A stretch of 64,000 nt of DNA, taken from the NCBI GenBank assembly GCA_050950285.1, contig JBMNHG010000003.1:428337-492336 (forward strand). The letters are read 5' to 3'. This document shows, piece after piece, positions 19,610 to 27,563 of the stretch. Each line of letters begins with the position of its first letter. Position 1 is the first letter of the stretch. Both the position numbers and the translations under genes were made by a program. This stretch comes from Kiritimatiellia bacterium (GTDB taxonomy: Bacteria; Verrucomicrobiota; Kiritimatiellia; RFP12; JBMNHG01). The notes under the pieces are model-generated. The model was not told the origin of the DNA. It was given only the letters and a program-made list of their open reading frames with translations, and made no database searches.

Positions 19610-21871
19610 TCAGGAGACGGGCGCGGCGTCGAAGCGGGCCACGCGCGAGACGTCCCGGTAGTCGTCCCACGTCCACGGGGGGCGCTGGAGGCGGGCGAGG
19701 GCTTGTTCCATCCCGGCGTCGTCCAGGGTGGATGCGGCGCACAGCGAGAAGCGCAGGGAGACGGGGCCTTCGTCGGTTCCGAAGCGCCGGAAGAGGCCGG
19801 GGAGTTCGTCCGCGGGGATGCGGGCGCAGCTGTGGTAGGCGTGGAGCGAGTTCCGCAGCAGGGTGGGGCGGATCGATCGGGCCGTCACGTCCACCGCGAA
19901 CGAATCGGGGAGGAGCACGCCGTAGGCGCGTCCGGCGGATTCCACGCGGAGCGCGTGGTGGAGCGGGCGTTCCGCGCCGTCCGCGGCGCGGTCGATCCAT
20001 CCGCCGCCCACGCGGTCGCGGCGCGCCGCGACGGGTCCGGGAAGGCCGATGGAGGCCTTGAAGACGGTCATCGGCTCCTGGTAGTTCACATCGAGGCGGC
20101 AATGCACGAACGGATCGTCGCGGTCAAGCGAGACGAAGAGGCGGCACGGGCTCGAACCGAGGCGCCCGCGCAGCAGGACGGTGGCGCGGAAGCCGCCCGA
20201 CTCGACGGGTTCGGGCGCTTCGAAGCGGGCGACGGCGTGGAGGGGGCCGGTGGGGCCGGCGTAGCGGTCGATGCCGTGCGACCAGGTGTCCGAGCCGTCG
20301 GCGAGGGCGTTGAGGGTGATCGGTCGCGCGAGAAGCGGCGCGCCGTCGACGGGGTCGCGCAGCATCGCGATGCCGTCGGGACCGAAGGAGACCGCGAGAA
20401 GCCCGTTCGACAGCGCCGGCCCCCCGGCGGAGGGCGCGAAAAACGGCGCGCCGTCTTTCGCGGGGGGTGGGGCGGCGGCGGCGGCCCCGGCGGCGTCCGG
20501 CACGATGCGGAGGGCGAGCGCGGCGCGGGGAGGGAGGTCGACGGGCAGGAGCAGGCGCGGGAAGGGGATGGGCGAGGCGGACTCGCGCATCAGGCATTCG
20601 GGCGGAACCGTCTGGTGGGGGACGACACGCCCGCCGGCGTCTTCGAGATGGTGGTGCCAGGACTGGCCGTCGAGGGGGATTTCGGCCTCGGCGAGGCCGG
20701 TCCAGCGGACGTCGGCGCGGTTCACGACGTGAAGGCGGTGGCCGGCGGGTTCGGCCCGGGCGAGCGAACGCGCGCGCAACGCGTCGTACGCGAGCGCTTC
20801 GGCGGCCTCCCGTGCGCCCCCCGTCTGGCGGCGCGCCGCCGCCGTGGCCGAGGCGATCGAACTCCCCGGAAGAAGATCGTGGAATTGGTTGAAGCAGACC
20901 GTGCGCCAGGCTTCGTCCAACATGCGGCCGGGCCCGGCCGCCTTCCCGCCCCCGCAACGGGGTGCGGGGCTTTCGCCCGACAACCGTTCCGCGTCCAGGA
21001 GGGCGAGTTCGGCGTCGCGCAGGTCGCGCTTGAGGCCGGAGCAGACCGAGTAGCAGCCGATGGCGTGCATCTGGAGTTCGCCCTCGACCAGCGGGGCGGC
21101 GGGGATTTCGGCGGCCACCGCCTCGAAATAGTCCCGCACGGTGGAGAACTCCAGGCGGACATCCGGCGCGAAGTCGCGATGGGCGTCGAGCCATTCCACG
21201 AGACGCCGGGAAGGGCCGCCCCCGTGGTTGCCGACGCCGTAGAAGCACATCGCATGGGCATGGCCCGCGGCGCGGGCGTCCGCGACGGCCCCTTCGATGT
21301 GTCCGGCGAGGGAGCCGGGCGCGGCGCAGAGGTAGGCGCCGTGGATGCGGAAGGCGGGGATTTCCGCGCCGTCGGGGGCGCGCCAGCGGAAGAGGTGCGA
21401 GGGAAGGGTGCGCTCGTGCGGGCCGGGCCGCATGAAGACGAAGCATTCCTGGCCCGTCTCGCGGAGGAGCGAAGGGAGGTAGGCGCCGTGGCCGAAGGTG
21501 TCCACGAGGTAGCCCACGGGGATGTCCGCGACGCCGAGATGGCGGGCGAACCAGTCGCGGCCCAGTCGCGCCGTGGCGCGGAGGGCGTCGTGGGAGGGCA
21601 GGTTCGTGTCCGCCTGCACCCACCACCCGTTCACGACCTCCCAGCGTCCGGCGTCGATATGGCCCCGGATGCGGCGGAGCAGGGAGGGGTCGAGGCGCCG
21701 GACTTGTTCGTAGACCCAGGCCTCCCCCCGCGTGAAGGTGGCGAAGGGGTAGCGGTCGAGGATGTCGCAGGCGCTGCGGCAGGTTGCGACCGCTTCGTCC
21801 GCCCCGCGCTGCCAGGGCCAAAGCCAAACCGGATCCAGGTGGGCGTTCCCGATGAGATGGACGGTGATCAT
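19610..21871 (-). CDS. GH38 alpha-mannosidase
   Basis: GNAHLDPVWLW, DTFGH, YGVGNHGGGP and NQFHDLLPGSSI. True start MITVHL at 21871. Confidence 0.92.
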   Translation of the reverse strand: MITVHLIGNAHLDPVWLWPWQRGADEAVATCRSACDILDRYPFATFTRGEAWVYEQVRRLDPSLLRRIRGHIDAGRWEVVNGWWVQADTNLPSHDALRATARLGRDWFARHLGVADIPVGYLVDTFGHGAYLPSLLRETGQECFVFMRPGPHERTLPSHLFRWRAPDGAEIPAFRIHGAYLCAAPGSLAGHIEGAVADARAAGHAHAMCFYGVGNHGGGPSRRLVEWLDAHRDFAPDVRLEFSTVRDYFEAVAAEIPAAPLVEGELQMHAIGCYSVCSGLKRDLRDAELALLDAERLSGESPAPRCGGGKAAGPGRMLDEAWRTVCFNQFHDLLPGSSIASATAAARRQTGGAREAAEALAYDALRARSLARAEPAGHRLHVVNRADVRWTGLAEAEIPLDGQSWHHHLEDAGGRVVPHQTVPPECLMRESASPIPFPRLLLPVDLPPRAALALRIVPDAAGAAAAAPPPAKDGAPFFAPSAGGPALSNGLLAVSFGPDGIAMLRDPVDGAPLLARPITLNALADGSDTWSHGIDRYAGPTGPLHAVARFEAPEPVESGGFRATVLLRGRLGSSPCRLFVSLDRDDPFVHCRLDVNYQEPMTVFKASIGLPGPVAARRDRVGGGWIDRAADGAERPLHHALRVESAGRAYGVLLPDSFAVDVTARSIRPTLLRNSLHAYHSCARIPADELPGLFRRFGTDEGPVSLRFSLCAASTLDDAGMEQALARLQRPPWTWDDYRDVSRVARFDAAPVS

Positions 21872-21921
21872 GGCGGTGGAATCCTTGGGGACAGGCGAAA
21901 GAAGCCTTTGGAGACGATGCG

Positions 21922-22596
21922 CTACCGAACCTCTTCGAGACGGATGTCGTCGAGGAAAAGGTCGCCCACGGCGCCGATGGCGACGATGTGGACGGTGACG
22001 AACTGCACCCGCTCCCGGCTCTGGCGCTGGAGGTCCGAGAATTTCTTTCCCTTGGCGCTTGCGAGACCGGGGATGAGGAGCGACTTCTTCGTCCATACCC
22101 TTGGAATCTCGGCCATTCCGCCGGCGTCGCCCGCCGTGAAGTAGACCATGGGGAAGCGCTCGGCGCGGCGGAGGTCCGTGCGCACGGGGATGGGCGCGGT
22201 CTTGTCCTTGGCCTTGGGGCTGCGGCGCCAGCCCTCCAGCATGATGCGGGCCTTGGGGCCGGTGCTGCGCGCTTCGACGGTGAGCTTGTAGCTCTTGGCG
22301 GGGTCGACGGGGATGGCGAAGCTGTCCGCCTTCACGCCCTGGTTCTCGGCGATGGAGACGTTCGGGACATGGATCTTCAGGACGTGCTTGCGGGTGCCGT
22401 CGGCGACCACCCCGACATACTCGTGGTTCTGGAAATAGAAGCTCTCGCCCGGCTGGTCGTACCGGGTGTTCCAGTGGGCGAGGGGGGATCCGGCGTTGTC
22501 GAAGTGGCCGTTCGCGACGAGGTTCGTGGCGGCGCGCGAGAAGGGCGCGGCGGACAGGAGGGCGGATGCGAGGAGAAGGCGGACCGGGCTTTTCAT
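21922..22596 (-). CDS. Secreted protein with CBM4/9-like galactose-binding-type domain
   Basis: Signal peptide, NLVANGHFD start and LFLDDIRLEEV end, typical of this jelly-roll fold. Confidence 0.65.
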   Translation of the reverse strand: MKSPVRLLLASALLSAAPFSRAATNLVANGHFDNAGSPLAHWNTRYDQPGESFYFQNHEYVGVVADGTRKHVLKIHVPNVSIAENQGVKADSFAIPVDPAKSYKLTVEARSTGPKARIMLEGWRRSPKAKDKTAPIPVRTDLRRAERFPMVYFTAGDAGGMAEIPRVWTKKSLLIPGLASAKGKKFSDLQRQSRERVQFVTVHIVAIGAVGDLFLDDIRLEEVR

Positions 22597-22667
22597 GGGG
22601 GGAATCATACTCCGGGGAGGGGGCTTTTGCCATAGCGGATTTTCTTTCCGGTCGCGGATTTTCATCC

Positions 22668-22696
22668 TTGCCATCCGGAAGGCCGCCAACTATACT
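22668..22696 (+). promoter_or_regulatory. Sigma-70-type promoter of the surface polysaccharide operon
   Basis: TTGCCA-N17-TATACT about 100 bp upstream of the wza-like gene. Confidence 0.65.
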
Positions 22697-22799
22697 GAAT
22701 GACGAAACTTTCCTGGGCAGGGGAAGGGCTTTCGCCCGCCGCGCTCCGAAGAACCCCCCCGTTGCGCTTCGAGAACCCATTCCACAAGACCCGACACCG

Positions 22800-23612
22800 A
22801 TGGATACGACCCGTCCAACCCGTTCCGGGGCGCCGCTGGCGTTCCCGTTTCTTTTTCTCGCCTCGCTGGCCTTCGCCGTCGCGGGGGCGGGTTGCGCCCT
22901 CCTGCCGCACGGCGATGACGGCGCCGACTCCGGCTTCGACTCCATGCTGGGAGGCCTCCTTCCTCCGCTTCCGGGCGGCGGAAGCCCTTCCGGGGCCGGC
23001 GTCGCGGCGGTGCCGGGGGAAAACGGCGCGCCGCCGGCCGGGGAGGATCTCCCGGCGGGCGTGGTCCCGGTGTTGGGCGAAGACGGCGAGCCGCAGCTCC
23101 GCGTGGGGTTGGTGCTGTCGATATCGGTGCTGGTGAACGACAAGGTCGAGGTGCCCGAACAGAACTACCTCATTTCGTTGGACAACACGGTGGCCCTTCC
23201 CTTCGTGGGGGCGGTCTCGTGCGAGGGGCTCACGCTGAGCCAGTTCCGGCGCCGGTTGACGGAACTCTACTCCGACTACCTGCACGACCCGAACGTGCGG
23301 GCGGACTTCGTGACGACCGAAAGCGGCGAGTCGCCATGGGGGAAGGTGCGCGTGATGGGGCATGTGGGGCACGAGGGCTGGATCAACATCCCCCCGACGC
23401 GCGACCTCTCGCTCCTGAGGGCGTTGCAGCTTGCGGGGGGTGTCGCGCGCGGCGCGAAGCGTTCGGACGTGCGGATCACGCGGATCCTCCCGGACGGCAC
23501 GAAGCAGACCTTCCGCGCGGACTTGGACAAACTGGGCCGGCAGGGGGACGTCGAGCAGGACATCCCGCTGGAGCCGGGCGACACGATATGGGTGGACGAA
23601 CGGATTTGGTAG
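22800..23612 (+). CDS. Polysaccharide export lipoprotein (Wza/Poly_export + SLBB)
   Basis: Lipobox-like AGAGC, VALPFVGAV...GLTL...YLHDPNV, and SLBB LLRALQLAGG...DIPLEPGDTIWV. Confidence 0.88.
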   Translation: MDTTRPTRSGAPLAFPFLFLASLAFAVAGAGCALLPHGDDGADSGFDSMLGGLLPPLPGGGSPSGAGVAAVPGENGAPPAGEDLPAGVVPVLGEDGEPQLRVGLVLSISVLVNDKVEVPEQNYLISLDNTVALPFVGAVSCEGLTLSQFRRRLTELYSDYLHDPNVRADFVTTESGESPWGKVRVMGHVGHEGWINIPPTRDLSLLRALQLAGGVARGAKRSDVRITRILPDGTKQTFRADLDKLGRQGDVEQDIPLEPGDTIWVDERIW

Positions 23613-23711
23613 GCACTTTCCCCTTGCGGACCAAGGGAGGTATGACGTAAATTCGCATTGCGCTACGGACGTTGCCACGAGAGTCCGTGCGTTGAGTAGA
23701 AAGGCACGACA

Positions 23712-24557
23712 ATGAAGAAGACAATGGCTCTGTTGGTGGGCTGCGCCTTTGTAGCGGCCCTTTCGGTTCGCGCGGACGCCCCTGGCGTGGGCGATGCCGT
23801 GCTCGACCCTTCGAAGATCCCCGCGATGCTGGCGGCCGTGGAAGACCTGGGCGGCAAGGTGTCCCTCCTGGAAGAGGCGGTGTCGGCGGCGGCGGAGCTT
23901 CCGATTGACCCCTCGGATCGCCTGGGGCGGATCGCGGGCGTCGTGTCCGGCGGTCTCGATGCGCTTCCGGAGGAGGTGCGCCCCGGCGCCCTCGCCGCGA
24001 TGGTCTGCAACATTCCCTTCGACCTGCTTCCCGGCGCAGCCGACGCGCTGTCCCCCGCCATGAAGCAGCGCACGGCCGCGATGGACGCGGAGGCCCTCCA
24101 GCGCTATATGGCGGAGGCGGTCGGAACGGTTTACCGCCAGGGGCTGGACGCCGACGCCGCCGACATCTACGCCGCGTTCGTCATCGCGCTTCTCTCGGCG
24201 GAAAACCTGGAGCCCGCGCTCGAGGCGGTCCCTGCGAGATCCCACGACACGGTTCGCGCCTACGTGGCCGCGATCCAGACGGACGACTACGCGGCCATCT
24301 TCGGCGCCGAAGGCGCGGAGGAACTCATCTTCGCGCTGACCCCGACGGATCGCCCCTTCGGCGAGGCCGCCCTGGCGAGCGGCATCATCGCGCTTCCCCC
24401 AATTTCCGCGATGATGGACATCGGCCTGGAACGCCCGGCGATCATCGAAGTCGACAAGGGCAGGTATATCGGTTCCAGCGGGTATATCGGTTCCAGCAGC
24501 GGTCCGCCCATCCCGCCGCCCTACAAAGGCCAGTTCAAACCGAAAGACCCGGCTTAG
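23712..24557 (+). CDS. Exported Ala-rich helical hypothetical protein with Pro-rich C-terminus
   Basis: Signal peptide MKKTMALLVGCAFVAALSVRA, AAAGG RBS, acidic/helical body, ends PPIPPPYKGQFKPKDPA. Confidence 0.75.
   Translation: MKKTMALLVGCAFVAALSVRADAPGVGDAVLDPSKIPAMLAAVEDLGGKVSLLEEAVSAAAELPIDPSDRLGRIAGVVSGGLDALPEEVRPGALAAMVCNIPFDLLPGAADALSPAMKQRTAAMDAEALQRYMAEAVGTVYRQGLDADAADIYAAFVIALLSAENLEPALEAVPARSHDTVRAYVAAIQTDDYAAIFGAEGAEELIFALTPTDRPFGEAALASGIIALPPISAMMDIGLERPAIIEVDKGRYIGSSGYIGSSSGPPIPPPYKGQFKPKDPA
24463..24497 (+). repeat. Tandem duplication, 18-bp period (17-bp exact match), encoding YIGSS(G) twice
   Basis: GGTATATCGGTTCCAGC at 24463 and 24481. Confidence 0.9.
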
Positions 24558-24616
24558 CCGAACCCGCCGCCGCCGTCTGATCCGATCTGATGAAGCCTAC
24601 AATCCCAGGAACAGCC

Positions 24617-25843
24617 ATGAAGCACCCCTCCCTCCTTTTCGCGGCCTCGCTGGCCCTCCTTGCGTCCGCGTCGGCCTTCGCCCAGGACATGTTCCTCCCG
24701 AACGACCGTTACGGGATCATCCTCGGCTCCGCCCGCGTCTCCCCCCACGCGAGCGCGGGCGTCTTCTTCGACTCGAACCCCGACTACGTGCGCGAGGGCG
24801 AGGAAGACGCGCGCTTCGGCACCGCCGAGGACTACGACTCGTGGGGCTACAGCGTCCAGCCCGGCGTCGACCTGAAGTGGCAGGCCAACCATTGGCTTCT
24901 GGCCGCGGACGCATGGTACACCATGGAACGCTTCGAGAAGGAGTTCCTGGAATCCCGCGACTCGTGGGGCGAATCCGCTTCGCTCTCGTTCGAAGGGCAG
25001 CGCGATCTGTATGTGACCGTGGCGGAGTCCTACAAGTATGTCCGCGAGACCGACGAAGACGCCGCCCGCTGGAAGGACCGCTACGAGCTGGCCGCAGGGA
25101 TCGACGTGGACAAGGCCCTTGGCGAGAAGACGATCGTGGGGGCGGGTGCGAAGTACAGGTCGCTGGACTACGACAGCTCCCTGCTCAACGACTGGTCGAA
25201 GGTCTCCTTGGACGCCCGTCTCGCCCGCGCCATCACCGAGAAGATGAACGCCACGCTGACGGGCCGCTACGAGACGGACGAGTCCGAGCACCAGGACGGC
25301 AGCGCCGACACGTGGACCGGGCTGCTGGGCGTCTCCTCCCGCGCGACGGACAAGATCTCCTACTCCCTCGGGGTGGGCGTGCACTTCTACACCGGCTTCG
25401 ACGACAGCGAGAAGACCAAGTTCGCCTACCATGCGCAGGCCAAATGGGCCCCCACCGAAAAGTTCGACCTGTCGCTTGCGGGCAACACCTCCTTCTATCC
25501 CGCCGAAGACGAGTTCGACAGCTCGATCTACGAGATCGGGGCCGGCTTGGTCGCCCGCTACCGTCCGATCTCCCGTTGGCTTCTCTCCGCTTCGTTGAAC
25601 TACCAGCGCGAAGACTACACCCAGGAAGTCCGGACCGGCTCCAACGTGATCATGGACGAGTCGGCGATCCTGGGACGGCACCGCGTCGACAACTACGTTA
25701 CCGCCGTGGCGGGCGCTTCCTTCGCCCTCTCGCAGTACGCCTCCGTCAACGGCCGCTTCGCCTACTCTTTCGACGATTCCACCATCGCCGAATATGAGTA
25801 CGACCGCTGGCGCGCCACGCTCGGCGTGACACTCCGCTACTAG
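24617..25843 (+). CDS. Outer-membrane beta-barrel protein (BBP2-type, EPS-locus associated)
   Basis: Signal peptide, FDSN motif, alternating beta-strands, C-terminal YEYDRWRATLGVTLRY. Confidence 0.85.
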   Translation: MKHPSLLFAASLALLASASAFAQDMFLPNDRYGIILGSARVSPHASAGVFFDSNPDYVREGEEDARFGTAEDYDSWGYSVQPGVDLKWQANHWLLAADAWYTMERFEKEFLESRDSWGESASLSFEGQRDLYVTVAESYKYVRETDEDAARWKDRYELAAGIDVDKALGEKTIVGAGAKYRSLDYDSSLLNDWSKVSLDARLARAITEKMNATLTGRYETDESEHQDGSADTWTGLLGVSSRATDKISYSLGVGVHFYTGFDDSEKTKFAYHAQAKWAPTEKFDLSLAGNTSFYPAEDEFDSSIYEIGAGLVARYRPISRWLLSASLNYQREDYTQEVRTGSNVIMDESAILGRHRVDNYVTAVAGASFALSQYASVNGRFAYSFDDSTIAEYEYDRWRATLGVTLRY

Positions 25844-25889
25844 ATCCAACCCCAGCCCCGCGGGGAAAGGCGCAGGCAATGATACAGGC

Positions 25890-27542
25890 ATGATCCGGAA
25901 CCTACCCCGCATCGCGGTGATGCTCCATGTGGCATTCATCGCCATTTATCTCGCTTGGCTCCGCGGCGGAACGGTCCCCGACCATTACGGCCCGATCCCC
26001 TGGCTGTCGCTCTTCCTCATCGAGATGATCCTTCTCTTCCCCGTTCTCAAGAAGGGGGAGACGGATGCCATGGGGCGCACGCGCGTGGTGCGTTCCCTTT
26101 TGACGGATCCCATCCTCTACCTCGGCCTCGGCTTCCTCCTCTTCGTCGGCATCCAGTGCTGGAACGGTCCCTGCACCCTCTTCCGCGACGTCGAGGCCGG
26201 GCGGTGGAGGTACACCGATCCGCCCTATCCGGGCTGGCCCTTCAGCGTGAACCGCGAGGAGGCGGGGCACATGCTCTACTGGTTTGCGCCGGTCTACGCG
26301 GTCATCCTCGCCATGCGCCACGGCTTGAGCCGCAAGGCGAAGATGAACCTGCTCCGCGTGCTGATTGCGAGTTCCGCGCTGCTTTCGCTGTTCGGGATCG
26401 TGCAGTTTGCGTCGGGCACCGACAAGATGTACTGGGTGACGCCCATCGGAACGCAGTTCTTCGCCTCCTTCGGCTATCCGAACCATGCGGGGAGTTACTT
26501 CACCCTTGCCTTCGCCATCTCCGTCGGCGTCCTGCTCCAGGACCTTTCCGCGAGCGAGAACAAGCCTCCCGCCGCCTGGATCGCCGTCTGCGCCGCGTGT
26601 GTGGTCCTGAACCTCCTGGGGGCGACGCTGTCCCTTTGCCGCGCCGCGATCCTCCTTTCGTGGGCGATCGCGCTGTTCGCCCTCGTCTTCGGGTCTCTTT
26701 ACCTCGCTCCGTTGCTTACGCGGGCGATGAAGCTCCGCATGGGCGTCTCCCTGTTCATCGGCATCGGAATCGCCCTGTTCCTCTTCTTCGTGGCCTATCC
26801 CCGGAATCCCGTGCAGAAGGAGCTCGGCACCCTGTTCACGAAGATCCAGGGCAAGGCCGCAACCGCGGAGACCGTGCAGGGCGGACAGAACGCCGCAGCC
26901 CAAGAGGCGGACGCGGCCACCTGGCATTTCGACAACCCCTTCGGCAAGGACCGCCGGCGCCTCGCCAAGGCCGCGGTGGACATTTGGCAGGACTATCCGT
27001 GGACGGGCGTGGGCGGCTGGGGTTTCCGCCACCACGTCGGCTTGTACGTCCCGAAGTCCGATTGGAAGTCTCTCCGTACCTTCGGCAGGGCCAATGTCCA
27101 CAACGACGCCCTCCAGTACCTCTGCGAACACGGCATCATCGGTTCCGGACTCCTGCTGGGCACCGTCATCGTCCTGCTCGTCCCCTTCTGGAACCGGTTG
27201 ATCCGCGCCCTCCTGAAGAAGCCCGACGACGAGGAAGCCTACCGGTCCGCGATCTTCCGCGTCTCCCCGGTAGCCTGGTTCCTTCTGATCGGAACGCTGG
27301 CCGTCGTGGTGCACAGCCTGATCGATCTCCCCTTCCGTTGTCCGGCGATCCTCGTGCTTTGGTTCATCTGCCTGTGCACCATGACATCGGTGCTCCCCAA
27401 GCCCAAGCCCCGCGCCGCCGAAGCCGAGGGTTCGCGAGGCGAACCGCGCCGCCGCCATCGTTCGCACCGGCGTTCGAAGGGAGGGGCCTCCAATTCCGCT
27501 CCCGCCCCGCAGGCGCCGCAGGACGACGAGCCGGATGCCTAG
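25890..27542 (+). CDS. O-antigen ligase/polymerase family (Wzy_C) membrane protein
   Basis: Multi-TM with FGYPNHAG, SLCRAA, PWTGVGGWGF, HNDALQYLCEHG and HSLIDLP. Confidence 0.88.
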   Translation: MIRNLPRIAVMLHVAFIAIYLAWLRGGTVPDHYGPIPWLSLFLIEMILLFPVLKKGETDAMGRTRVVRSLLTDPILYLGLGFLLFVGIQCWNGPCTLFRDVEAGRWRYTDPPYPGWPFSVNREEAGHMLYWFAPVYAVILAMRHGLSRKAKMNLLRVLIASSALLSLFGIVQFASGTDKMYWVTPIGTQFFASFGYPNHAGSYFTLAFAISVGVLLQDLSASENKPPAAWIAVCAACVVLNLLGATLSLCRAAILLSWAIALFALVFGSLYLAPLLTRAMKLRMGVSLFIGIGIALFLFFVAYPRNPVQKELGTLFTKIQGKAATAETVQGGQNAAAQEADAATWHFDNPFGKDRRRLAKAAVDIWQDYPWTGVGGWGFRHHVGLYVPKSDWKSLRTFGRANVHNDALQYLCEHGIIGSGLLLGTVIVLLVPFWNRLIRALLKKPDDEEAYRSAIFRVSPVAWFLLIGTLAVVVHSLIDLPFRCPAILVLWFICLCTMTSVLPKPKPRAAEAEGSRGEPRRRHRSHRRSKGGASNSAPAPQAPQDDEPDA

Positions 27543-27563
27543 CCTTTCCATCGAGTTGTATCC

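Noticed and set aside
21922-21960. C-terminus ...IRLEEVR as a third example of the hydrophobic-R/K tail
   Set aside because: It contains acidic residues, has no Pro linker, and is the normal last strand of a CBM4/9-like domain.
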